From: an alpha proteobacterium SCGC AAA536-G10 | GTDB lineage: Bacteria; Pseudomonadota; Alphaproteobacteria; Puniceispirillales; Marisalimonadaceae | Assembly: GCA_905182395.1 (NCBI GenBank) | Contig: CAJJBL010000022.1 | Coordinates: 281 to 64,280 of the forward strand | Direction of reading: 5' to 3' | Length of the DNA: 64,000 bases | Shown: positions 41,113-49,810 of the stretch, piece after piece | How positions within the stretch are numbered: the first letter of the stretch is position 1 | Layout of the letters: every line of letters starts with the position of its first letter | Notes under the pieces: model-generated | The model's input: the letters and a program-made list of their open reading frames with translations, nothing else | The model's database searches: none | Told to the model about the DNA's origin: nothing | Position numbers and translations under genes: made by a program

Positions 41113-41215
41113 TTTTTTTAATTTAATATCAATAAGTTAGAAAAATAGAAACTTAACTCACCTCAGTAAATACTCAGTTTTGTCATAGATTTGACTCAAT
41201 AAAACGAGTCGAATC

Positions 41216-42200
41216 ATGGGATGCATGAGAAAAAGAGGTAAATCTTGGAATGCTCAAGTAAGAGTATCTGGTTGGAGAACTTTTACTAAATCATTTAAAA
41301 CAAAATTAAGTGCTACAGAATGGGTTGCGAATTTTGAAAAAGAACTTCGTTCTAAACCTATTCCAAAGAAAGATATTAAAAATTTAAAGTTAAAAAATTT
41401 ATTTAATAAATATAAATTAGAAATTCTTCCTAAGTTAAAAAGTTATAAAATCGTTTCTTATAAATTAATAAATTTGTCTAGATTATGGTTAGGAGATATT
41501 GTTGTTATAAATTTAACAAAAAGATATTTAGAACAGTTTTGTGAAGACAGAAAATTAAAGGTTCAAGAAGGCACTGTTAAATCCGAATTGATGCTAATTA
41601 AAAGAATTTTTAAAATTGCAATTGATAAATGGAATTATGGAATACCTTTTGATGCCTTTAGTGGACATGAAATTCCTTCCTCTCACAAACCAAGAAATCG
41701 AAGAGCATCTAAAGAAAAATCAACAACTCTTATATTCAATACAGAAAAACAAAAAAACAAATACATCTCCATTATCATTCAGTTTGCTGTTGAAACTAGT
41801 ATGAGAAGATCAAAGATACTTAAACTAACTTGGAACTATATAAACTTAGAGACTAGAATTGCCTCTCTGTATGACAATAAGAATGGAGATGATGGACACA
41901 TTCCATTAACTAAAACTGCTATAAAATTATTATCTGATCTTACTCAGTCATCTGAGTTTGTATTTCCAATATCTGCTAATTGTTTAAGACTTGCATGGGA
42001 GAGATGTAGATATAAATCCAATATCAAAGGATTAAGATTCCACGATTTAAGACATGAGGCAGTTTCAAAATTTTTTTGAAATGGGATTATCTGTTCCAGA
42101 GGTTGCATTGATATCTGGTCACAAAGAAGTAAGTCAATTATTTAGATATACTCATTTAAAACCAGAGAATTTGATTGCTAAATATTCAACTATTTTTTAA
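41216..42200 (+). pseudogene. tyrosine recombinase / phage-type integrase, frameshifted before the catalytic Tyr segment
   Basis: N-terminus MRKRGKSWNAQVRVSGW; catalytic R (ETSMRRSKILKLTW) and HDLRH. The ORF stops at 42079 inside a T7 run (42071-42077). The +1 frame continues EMGLSVPEVALISGHKEVSQLFRYTHLKPE..., carrying the GH and the nucleophilic Tyr, to the stop at 42198-42200. Confidence 0.8.
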
Positions 42201-42550
42201 TGTATCAATCATGGAAAATAAATGAAATTTACAAAGTTTATAGAATATTACAAATGGTTCAAAACTAATTTTCCAACTTTAAAAGAATTGGAAAGAAAGC
42301 AGTTGGAAAAAAAACTAAAAGAATTGAAAAAGTAAAAATACAAGTAACATAACAATATTCCCAAACAACAAAGTACTATCACCAAATAAATTTTATGATG
42401 AGATTGCAAAGTCTGTTAATGACAAACTTAAACAATCAAAAAATGAAACCTTTGGTGCATTAAAAGAAACAGATGATAAATTGAATTTGCCTTGGGGAAC
42501 TTTATTTGAGATGTCTGGATATGCAGATTATTTTGAATCAATATATGAAG

Positions 42551-42694
42551 ATGGTGATGATTAATCTCATTTTAGGAATAATACTCTGCATGATTGTGAT
42601 AAAATACAATCAAGAAATAGTTCAATTTTTAATTGTATCTGGTAATATAGATTCTTTAATCACTTATTTACATAGTCTTAAAGAAACCAAATGA
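42551..42694 (+). CDS. small single-TM protein (island module gene 1; paralogue at 51850)
   Basis: MVMINLILGIILCMIVIKYNQEIVQFLIVSGNIDSLITYLHSLKETK. Conserved copy in island 2. Its stop overlaps the next ATG (ATGA). Confidence 0.45.
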   Translation: MVMINLILGIILCMIVIKYNQEIVQFLIVSGNIDSLITYLHSLKETK

Positions 42695-42861
42695 ATACTA
42701 AAGTTCCTTGTCCATATTGTAGTAGTCCAAAAGGATTTATCTATGTTCAGTCACACTACCAATGTTTGACTTGTAAGAGAGTTGTTGACGACTGTTGTGG
42801 TGGTGAAACTGTTCAATGTATAGTTCCAGTCATGACGTCAAAAAAACTAGAGATAGAATAA
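42691..42861 (+). CDS. small zinc-ribbon protein (56 aa)
   Basis: Below the ORF-track cut-off. MNTKVPCPYCSSPKGFIYVQSHYQCLTCKRVVDDCCGGE...: CxxC...CxxC. ATGA overlap with the upstream ORF, and the next ATG directly follows its stop. Confidence 0.5.
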   Translation: MNTKVPCPYCSSPKGFIYVQSHYQCLTCKRVVDDCCGGETVQCIVPVMTSKKLEIE

Positions 42862-43149
42862 ATGAGTGAGAATTTTCATTATCTAAAACAACCAATCCCA
42901 TTAGATTCTGTTTATGAAATCAAGTATTTCACAAAAGGATTTCAAGTAGATTGGAGAGATATAGGTAATGAAGGTCATTGTCCTATAAAAATTACTTATA
43001 AGGAAAATACTTTAATTGTTCATTGGAAAAATGATAGTCAATTTGGAGAAATGATTACTCATTTTGAAATTGAAGATGATGCTAACAATAATCCAATGAA
43101 TATTCTAAACCTGTTGAACTCACAGTTTAATTTGGAATGGAAAGAGTAG
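42862..43149 (+). CDS. hypothetical protein
   Basis: 95-aa ORF, tightly packed in the same-strand module. No recognised family. Confidence 0.45.
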   Translation: MSENFHYLKQPIPLDSVYEIKYFTKGFQVDWRDIGNEGHCPIKITYKENTLIVHWKNDSQFGEMITHFEIEDDANNNPMNILNLLNSQFNLEWKE

Positions 43150-43162
43150 GTTTGAATAAATT

Positions 43163-43399
43163 ATGTATTTTAAGAAAAACCATCCATGTGAAGAATGTAA
43201 TCTTCCATTCAAGACTGTCTGGAGTTGCAAGAGGACATTTGAAGATAAGGAATGGATTTTACTTTGTTATAACTGTATTCGTTATTTCAAACATCTGAAT
43301 AGGTGGAGATTTAAAACAAGACTTCAAAACATCAAAGGCTTTAAATGGTGTAGAATAAATCCGACTAAACTTGAATTACCTTTGTATGAAGTTAACTAA
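43163..43399 (+). CDS. small Cys-rich (zinc-finger-like) basic protein; decayed paralogue at 52217
   Basis: 78 aa with CEEC...C...CYNC. A second, pseudogenised copy supports that this is a real gene. Confidence 0.5.
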   Translation: MYFKKNHPCEECNLPFKTVWSCKRTFEDKEWILLCYNCIRYFKHLNRWRFKTRLQNIKGFKWCRINPTKLELPLYEVN

Positions 43400-43563
43400 T
43401 CCAGTGCGATATAGTTGGAAAAATTAAAAAAAGTATTGTACCCAAAACTAATAAAGTAATTTTAAACTTTTTCATGTAAAGTAAATAAATCCAGCAATAA
43501 GTAAGATCCAAAATAGAGTTTCCACACTCATCACTTTATAAAATAATTTAAGTTCTTGTCTCA

Positions 43564-44070
43564 TTAAATTTTATTTTTTTTAGGTTTGTTATTATGACTA
43601 TTTTGATACTTTTCAGATAATTGATTCATATTTTTAAAAAAATCAATTTCTGAAAATGCCTCACACATTCTAAGATTGTGTGTTTCAGTTTTTATTATAT
43701 TCATTTTGCTTAGATTTAAAGTTTTTCTATTTAATTCATAAGCGTAAACATTTAGACTATCTCTATAAGTCCATTTGATTTTATTTTCATCTGTAGAAAA
43801 CCTTTTTTTCTTTCGAAGAGTTGTTTGATTATTCTCACTTACTTTTATATCATCACCAATTTTACTGATATAATATATTGCTACTTTATTATTTTTAAAA
43901 TGAAATCCTATTTCAGTTGGTTTTTTACTAGGTATATATGAAGAAGGATCTATATGATCTAACTTGCAATCTAAACACTCACAAACAATTCCCTTACCAT
44001 CTACACTTCCTAAAGACGGAAAGGAATGAAGTAAGAAGATAATAGTTACTAATATAATTTTTTTATTCAT
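43564..44070 (-). CDS. hypothetical secreted protein
   Basis: Signal-peptide-like MNKKIILVTIIFLLHSFPSLGS when started at the Met at 44070. No recognised family. Confidence 0.45.
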   Translation of the reverse strand: MNKKIILVTIIFLLHSFPSLGSVDGKGIVCECLDCKLDHIDPSSYIPSKKPTEIGFHFKNNKVAIYYISKIGDDIKVSENNQTTLRKKKRFSTDENKIKWTYRDSLNVYAYELNRKTLNLSKMNIIKTETHNLRMCEAFSEIDFFKNMNQLSEKYQNSHNNKPKKNKI

Positions 44071-44413
44071 GCTCTCCACCTTTATCATTAGGATCTAACT
44101 CTATTCTCTTTCCTTGATAATAAATTGCACGACTTCTACTGGGAGTATAATATCCGCCAAAAAATTTTGGTTTTCTTTTTGCAGTTTCAAAAGTTGCAAC
44201 TGTAATAGCAATAGCACCCAATAAAAGAATATGTAGAACTGTTGTTATTCCAAATATCCACATACTGGTAAAATAAAATGAAAACATAATGCACCACATC
44301 CATGCCAAGATTTGCATTATCATATGTCTAGTATTTGTATCTGGAATATTTTTAAGTGGATTTTTATTATGATTCATAACAAAAGACCAATTATCAAAAA
44401 TGAATTTTTGCAC
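44063..44413 (-). CDS. hypothetical 2-TM membrane protein
   Basis: 116 aa, two hydrophobic helices. Overlaps the start of the downstream secreted-protein gene. Confidence 0.45.
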   Translation of the reverse strand: MQKFIFDNWSFVMNHNKNPLKNIPDTNTRHMIMQILAWMWCIMFSFYFTSMWIFGITTVLHILLLGAIAITVATFETAKRKPKFFGGYYTPSRSRAIYYQGKRIELDPNDKGGEHE

Positions 44414-44862
44414 TTAATCTCCATTAATATTGATTATATAAATTTTATTGTTAATTATTGTATGAAATACTTAGTATAATTATTCATTATGTAATTCTTA
44501 ATTTTGGAGTAGTTCCATACACCAATAAAAGAAATTAGCGCAAAAAGAAAAGGTGATAATAAACTGGATGAAGAACCTATACACATAATTTTATTATAAT
44601 TTATTTTTTCTTAATTACAAGACAGTTTCTTTAACTATTTTAATTGAACTTTAAAAGCATAATAGTTACGTAGATTATGTCTGTTAATATTTTAAAAGAA
44701 AATAATAATTCATAAAATACTCAAATGAGATATTTTGAAATAAACAGAAAATATGAACAATTGTTACCTAACAAGAATTTGTAAATATCCAAATGAATTC
44801 AATATTCATAATAGTAGTTTTAAAATAATTAATTAAGAAAAAAATACAGAAATATTAATATA

Positions 44863-45105
44863 ATGACTTTTAAGTATAATAAATTAAACGCTATATGTAT
44901 GTGGTGTAAAAGAAAAAGAAATCCTCATCCTGATTACAAAAATGAAACTATACCAACAAAAATATTCATGAGTGAAAAAGGTAGACAAATTGAACTCTGT
45001 TTTAGTTGTTATGAGGATGATAAATTTCAATCAAATAATATTGAATTTAAGAAAAACTTAGATTTTAAATTTGAAACAATGACACTTTTAAAACTATTAT
45101 CCTAA
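44863..45105 (+). CDS. small Cys-rich protein (CxxC...CxxC)
   Basis: 80 aa; CMWCKRK...CFSCYEDD zinc-ribbon-like spacing. Confidence 0.4.
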   Translation: MTFKYNKLNAICMWCKRKRNPHPDYKNETIPTKIFMSEKGRQIELCFSCYEDDKFQSNNIEFKKNLDFKFETMTLLKLLS

Positions 45106-45420
45106 CAATATTGAGATATTTTACTACTTACAATTATTTTATATAAAGTATCATCATAATAGTTATATATATTGAAAACAAATAAACTGACAAAACAAAC
45201 TCAATATTAAAGTAATTTAATCATACGATAAGTTTGAAGTTGTTTTTTAAGAAAATGCATCTGGATTTACTTCAAATATTAGATTATTAAATCGTTTGGA
45301 AACTATAAAGCAGACTAGAATAAAAAGCTGATTAATGAGAGTGTTCTTTTTATAAGAACTCTTCGCTAAATCAGTAAAAATTGAATAACATTAAACGCAT
45401 ATATAAAAAAGGTGTTTGCC

Positions 45421-45702
45421 ATGGAAAAAAAACTTTCTAGTGTTCAAAAAAAAGCATTACGAAAAAAAGGATACTCACTAAAACCTGTTGTCATGATCGG
45501 TCAGCACGGTCTTACAGATGCTGTTCTTGCTGAGATTGATACCGCTCTCAATGCTCATGAACTGATTAAAGTTCGTATCAGAGGAGCAGATAAAAATAAA
45601 CGAACTGAGCAATTTACAAAAATTGAACACCAGTTGAATGCCGAGGTAGTGCATCAAATTGGTGGGATTACTGTCTTGTACCGACCTACAACCGCTCTTT
45701 AA
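45421..45702 (+). CDS. yhbY: YhbY/CRM-domain RNA-binding protein
   Basis: LSSVQKKALRKKGYSLKPVVMIGQHGLTDAVLAEIDTALNAHELIKVRI...VLYRP parallels E. coli YhbY. Visibly G+C-richer than its neighbours. Confidence 0.8.
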   Translation: MEKKLSSVQKKALRKKGYSLKPVVMIGQHGLTDAVLAEIDTALNAHELIKVRIRGADKNKRTEQFTKIEHQLNAEVVHQIGGITVLYRPTTAL

Positions 45703-45706
45703 AAAA

Positions 45707-45777
45707 CAATGATATCCAAAGAAAAATATCAATTACTCTTTACCTTTAATAATCATTTCGATTAAACTATGAGTATG
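45707..45777 (+). repeat. junction element copy 1 (A-part truncated, B-part complete)
   Basis: ..ATGATATCCAAAGAAAAATATCAATTACTCTTTACC-18 nt-TAAACT-ATGAGT-ATG. -35-like 45739-45744, -10-like 45763-45768, ATG 45775. Confidence 0.8.
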
Positions 45778-46251
45778 AAAAAATTATTCGTTATATTATC
45801 ATTTTTAATTTCAATCACCTGTCTGTCATCACAAAGTTGGGCATTGAAAGAAAAATGGTTTCCCACAGATAAACCAAATTGCCTTGTTTGGAATTCAGAT
45901 CCTCAACCAGAAGAAACTGTTAAGTGGTCAGGAGAATGTTTGAATGGAAAAGTCAATGGTATCGGCACTTTATCATGGTCAATTGGAGATCAGTATATAG
46001 GTGAATACAAAAATGGTAACATGAATGGACAAGGGACTTATAGTTGGCAAAAGGGAGACCAATACACAGGTGAGTGGAAAAATAATCATATATATGGACA
46101 AGGTACTTTTACTTTTGTAAATGGAGATAAATTTGAAGGTGAATGGAAAGATGATCTGATGCATGGACAAGGAACTTATACTTTTGTAAATGGTAAAAAA
46201 ATAGAAGGTATATGGGAAAATGGAAAAAAAGTAGAAGTGACTAAAACCTAA
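45769..46251 (+). CDS. secreted MORN-repeat protein
   Basis: Signal peptide MKKLFVILSFLISITCLSSQSWA (from ATG 45775). About 5 tandem YxGEWKNGxxxGxG MORN repeats. Confidence 0.75.
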   Translation: MSMKKLFVILSFLISITCLSSQSWALKEKWFPTDKPNCLVWNSDPQPEETVKWSGECLNGKVNGIGTLSWSIGDQYIGEYKNGNMNGQGTYSWQKGDQYTGEWKNNHIYGQGTFTFVNGDKFEGEWKDDLMHGQGTYTFVNGKKIEGIWENGKKVEVTKT

Positions 46252-46304
46252 TCTATAAACTAAGATATTATCTAATCAATTAATCCTAAGAGTTAAAAAC
46301 TTGA

Positions 46305-46700
46305 ATGCCTAACACTTCAGAAGATATAGTCTATAAACACCATAACGCAATTAATACTCAAGATGAACGAGAATATCTCGATAGCGTAAAGTTTCCTTTT
46401 ACCTATCAGAATTATAATGGTGTTTCTATCACAATTAAAGATGAAGAAGACTATAGAACTAATTATCAAATGCCATGGGATATAATAAAGGATACTGAAT
46501 CAAACTGGTCCCATACGGAAATGGATAAAATTGAAGAAGTGGCACGTTCCAATTCGTCTGTGGTTTTTAAACTTTTAATGAGAAGAATAAATAAATCAGG
46601 CAATACAGATCTCATTATTCAAGTGATTTGGATTGCTGTCTCTACACAAGGGAAATGGGGTATCCAATTTAGGCATAACCTTGGTATTCCTACCCCTTAA
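46305..46700 (+). CDS. hypothetical protein
   Basis: 131-aa ORF filling the cassette. No recognised family. Confidence 0.4.
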   Translation: MPNTSEDIVYKHHNAINTQDEREYLDSVKFPFTYQNYNGVSITIKDEEDYRTNYQMPWDIIKDTESNWSHTEMDKIEEVARSNSSVVFKLLMRRINKSGNTDLIIQVIWIAVSTQGKWGIQFRHNLGIPTP

Positions 46701-46711
46701 AATGGAAATAC

Positions 46712-46750
46712 AAAAACTAATCTGTAAACCATGATAGTATCCAGAGAAAA
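46712..46750 (+). repeat. junction element copy 2 (A-part; B-part degenerate up to about 46797)
   Basis: AAAAACTAATCTGTAAACCATGATAGTATCCAGAGAAAA, 12 nt after the upstream stop. Confidence 0.75.
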
Positions 46751-46860
46751 CCATTAATTATTTTTTAACAATAATAACTACTCTAATTAAACTTAGATAT
46801 ATTTATAATTAACAAGTATCAACAGCAATATCATCTCAGTTTTTAAAATAAGGATATAGT

Positions 46861-47211
46861 ATGTCTTTTTTTATTATAAAGATTTTTATAACTGCAATAT
46901 TAATTGTATCAATAAGTGAAATTGCAAAATTTAATGACCGATTAGGTGGAATTATTGGTGCAATGCCTATAACAACATTTTTAATTTTATTTTGGTTGTA
47001 TTATGAAAATAGTTCTTTAGAAAAAATTTCTAATCATATGTCATATACTTTGTTATATGTCATACCAACATTGCCAATGTTTATAACTTTTCCTTACTTC
47101 ATAAATAAATTTGGATTTTATATATCAATAATTCTAAGTATTATATTAACAATTTTATTTGTAATTATAGTACATATTATTTCTAAGAAATTTGGATATA
47201 AATTAATATAA
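46861..47211 (+). CDS. hypothetical 4-TM membrane protein
   Basis: 116 aa, strongly hydrophobic. Confidence 0.45.
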   Translation: MSFFIIKIFITAILIVSISEIAKFNDRLGGIIGAMPITTFLILFWLYYENSSLEKISNHMSYTLLYVIPTLPMFITFPYFINKFGFYISIILSIILTILFVIIVHIISKKFGYKLI

Positions 47212-47255
47212 TAAGATTACTAACAATTTTGCTAAAAAGATGATATGGAGTAAAA

Positions 47256-47498
47256 TTATTTATTTTTAGAAATTTTTAATTCTTTTTTAATTTTTTCTTC
47301 TAAATGTCCTATCATTATTCTTCTCATATACTCTGCTCTTGCTAAATCAGTAAAAGAGTATTCTCTTATATCCTCATTACTAATTCTAATAGAAAAGTTA
47401 TAAAAAGCACCACTCTTTTTTATAGTTGAAGCACTGCCAGAAGCGATTTTATTAGGACTTACAAGTGCGCCAAATTTAGTTTCAATTATATTTGTCAT
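47256..47498 (-). CDS. hypothetical 80-aa protein, paralogue A (second copy at 56138-56374)
   Basis: About 66 of the first 75 residues are identical to the 56138 ORF by hand alignment. Strong GAGGAG Shine-Dalgarno 7 nt upstream of the ATG on the minus strand. Confidence 0.6.
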   Translation of the reverse strand: MTNIIETKFGALVSPNKIASGSASTIKKSGAFYNFSIRISNEDIREYSFTDLARAEYMRRIMIGHLEEKIKKELKISKNK

Positions 47499-47570
47499 AA
47501 AATTATCTCCTCACAACATTTCTATATATTATAATATCAAATAATAAATTTAATCAATGTTTATAATATT

Positions 47571-47984
47571 TTAAAAATTAATCGTTTCTATAAGTAATTG
47601 AATTGAAAAAACTACGAGACTTAAATAAGTAAATAACATTCCAGAAATTCTTAAAAAAGGATTTGATTGGTAAAACGCAAAACAAATTGCATGTGCCAAT
47701 CTTCCATATGAGAAAACTAGACTAATTACTAATAGATAGTTAAAAGAAGATTTTCCTGTAATTTCTAAAATCAATAAAAGGATCAAGAAAATGGGAGTGT
47801 ATTCAGAAAAGTTTCCGTGTGCTCTAACATTTCTTTGTAACTTTTCCTCTGATATTTCTTTGTCCATTTTAAAAAGTAGTTTCATAACAGGACTACCCCT
47901 TAAATACCCAATACGAAATGATAAAAACAAATAAAATAAAGTAAAAATTGATGCAAAAATTGGAGTTAATGTAAGAGTGTTCAC
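47571..47984 (-). CDS. MAPEG-family membrane protein
   Basis: 137 aa, 4 TM helices; RAHGNFSEYTPIFL and GRLAH motifs typical of MAPEG/YecN. Confidence 0.65.
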   Translation of the reverse strand: MNTLTLTPIFASIFTLFYLFLSFRIGYLRGSPVMKLLFKMDKEISEEKLQRNVRAHGNFSEYTPIFLILLLILEITGKSSFNYLLVISLVFSYGRLAHAICFAFYQSNPFLRISGMLFTYLSLVVFSIQLLIETINF

Positions 47985-48063
47985 TATTTATCTAACTAAT
48001 TAAAATTTAATTTTAATACTTTCTTTATCTCAAAATATTATACATTTACAAAGAAGCGTAGTC

Positions 48064-48148
48064 AAAACCTAATATATAAACAACAATAGTATCTGATGAG
48101 AAATATCAATTACTCTTTAACTTTTATTTTGATTAAACTATGAGTACA
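48064..48148 (+). repeat. junction element copy 3 (full; 6-nt deletion in the promoter spacer; ATG decayed to ACA)
   Basis: AAAACCTAATATATAAACAACAATAGTATCTGATGAGAAATATCAATTACTCTTTAAC-12 nt-TAAACT-ATGAGT-ACA. Confidence 0.75.
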
Positions 48149-48219
48149 AATTTTATTTTTAACTATTCATTGCTATGGTTTTTAAAGTTTTTTAAATTCT
48201 TGCTAATTAAAGAAAGAAG

Positions 48220-48600
48220 TTGAATATATTGATTGCTGATATTGTATTAATATTTCATTTTGGCATTGTTATTTTCATAACATTTGGTTTATTTTTAATA
48301 CCAATTGGTTACAAATTTGGTTGGATTTGGATTAAAAATTTAAAATTAAGAATATGTCATTGTGGAATGATTATTTTTATTACTTTAGAAACGTTATTGG
48401 GAATTACTTGCCCACTGACTTCTATAGAAAATAATTTACGTGGAATTAATATGTCTACGTCATTTATATCTTATTGGATTAATCAAATTATTTATTGGAA
48501 TTTCCCGACCCAATTTTTTATCATTTTATATTCTATTATATTAGTATGGACTTTATTGATGTGGAAACTCTTTCCACCTATGATTAAAAATAGTGTTTAA
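48220..48600 (+). CDS. DUF2784-like membrane protein
   Basis: ADIVLIFHFGIVIFITFG...GITCPLTSIENNLRG resembles the DUF2784 pattern (..CPLT.LE..LR). TTG start. Confidence 0.5.
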   Translation: MNILIADIVLIFHFGIVIFITFGLFLIPIGYKFGWIWIKNLKLRICHCGMIIFITLETLLGITCPLTSIENNLRGINMSTSFISYWINQIIYWNFPTQFFIILYSIILVWTLLMWKLFPPMIKNSV

Positions 48601-48627
48601 AACCTCACTATCATAAAATGATAAGTA

Positions 48628-48717
48628 AAGACTAATCTATAAATTTAATAAGCATCATTAGATGAATTTCAATTACACTTTACCTTTTTAAACTATTTTG
48701 ATTAGACTATGTATATG
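48628..48717 (+). repeat. junction element copy 4 (full)
   Basis: AAAGACTAATCTATAAA...TTTCAATTACACTTTACC-18 nt-TAGACT-ATGTAT-ATG. -35-like 48679-48684, -10-like 48703-48708, ATG 48715. Confidence 0.8.
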
Positions 48718-49614
48718 AAAAATAAAGATTGGATATTAGTGATTTTACTTGGTCTCTTTTGGGGATCAAGTTTCTTTTTTGTTGAGATGCTTTTAAAGTA
48801 TCTAAGTCCCTTTATGATCGTTTATCTTAGAGTGTCAATTGCATCTATTTTTTTAATTGTGTTTATAATCATTCGAGGTACTAAATTTAAACTATCACTC
48901 AAAAACCTTTTTAATCTTTTTATAATGAGTTTATTGAATAACATTTTTCCTTTTCTTCTTATAACTTTTGGTCAACAAACTACGACAGGCGGTTTAGCAT
49001 CAATTTTAAATGCAAACACATCTTTTATTGGAATACTTTTAGCATCATTATTTTTACCTCTAGAGCGACTAAATTTTTATAGATTAATAGGAGTTTCAAT
49101 TGGAGTTTTAGGAGTAATAATCGCTATTGGTTATCAAAATATTATTCAATTAAATGATGATGATTTAGGTAAATATTTAATTTTAATTGCCACCCTTTCA
49201 TATGGTTTTGCAGGAGTATGGGGAAAATTAAAACTACAAAATTTTACTCCTATTATCGCTGCCACAGGTATGTTAACAATGAGCACTATAATTCTTACTC
49301 CATACGCTTTTACAATGCACTTAGAAGAAATATATTCTTTAAACTTTTTTATTCTTAAATATGCATTTGTTTTTGCAATAATTTGCTCGGTATTTGCTTA
49401 TTTTTTATATTTTAAAATACTTGAAAGTGCAGGAGCAGGAAATCTATTAATTTGTACTATAATTATTCCTCCTTCATCAATCTTCCTAAATGCTTTTATA
49501 TTAGATCAAATTATTACTTTTAATGAATGTTTGGGATTAATAATCATTATATTAGGTCTAATTATATTAGATGGTCGCTTAATAAACAAACATACCCCCA
49601 CCTCCCAAAAATGA
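48715..49614 (+). CDS. EamA/DMT-family transporter
   Basis: About 10 TM helices, two EamA halves. Start taken at the element-borne ATG 48715 (ORF track: 48709). Confidence 0.75.
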   Translation: MKNKDWILVILLGLFWGSSFFFVEMLLKYLSPFMIVYLRVSIASIFLIVFIIIRGTKFKLSLKNLFNLFIMSLLNNIFPFLLITFGQQTTTGGLASILNANTSFIGILLASLFLPLERLNFYRLIGVSIGVLGVIIAIGYQNIIQLNDDDLGKYLILIATLSYGFAGVWGKLKLQNFTPIIAATGMLTMSTIILTPYAFTMHLEEIYSLNFFILKYAFVFAIICSVFAYFLYFKILESAGAGNLLICTIIIPPSSIFLNAFILDQIITFNECLGLIIIILGLIILDGRLINKHTPTSQK

Positions 49615-49615
49615 C

Positions 49616-49659
49616 AAAAAAACTCAACCTATAAAATACGATAGTATCCAGAGATAAAT
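49616..49659 (+). repeat. junction element copy 5 (A-part only)
   Basis: AAAAAACTCAACCTATAAAATACGATAGTATCCAGAGATAAAT begins 2 nt after the EamA stop, then diverges into unrelated, G+C-richer sequence. Confidence 0.75.
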
Positions 49660-49810
49660 TTTCTAAGTGGGAAGGGTTCTATTCGCGCTATTTATCTTCT
49701 TATTCTTTATATTATTAAATCAATTGAAGTATTAATTAATTTTAAATATTATTTTCTGTATATAAGAATAGAGAATTAAGATAAATAAAATATAAATTAT
49801 TGGATAGAGC

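Noticed and set aside
42233-42505. Short ORF MKFTKFIEYYKWFKTNFPTLKELERKQLEKKLKELKK (from ATG about 42233) and a following open frame ending ...LPWGTLFEMSGYADYFESIYEDGDD. These were considered as an excisionase or other accessory genes after the integrase.
   Set aside because: The first has no HTH-like or Xis-like features. The second has no plausible start codon and is only partly conserved in island 2. I cannot support either as a gene.
44624-44660. Sequence TTTCTTTAACTATTTTAATTGAACTTT, resembling a B-part of the junction element in the long non-coding gap at 44414-44862.
   Set aside because: It matches only about 20 nt with altered spacing and has no A-part. It could be a relic but is not distinguishable from chance.
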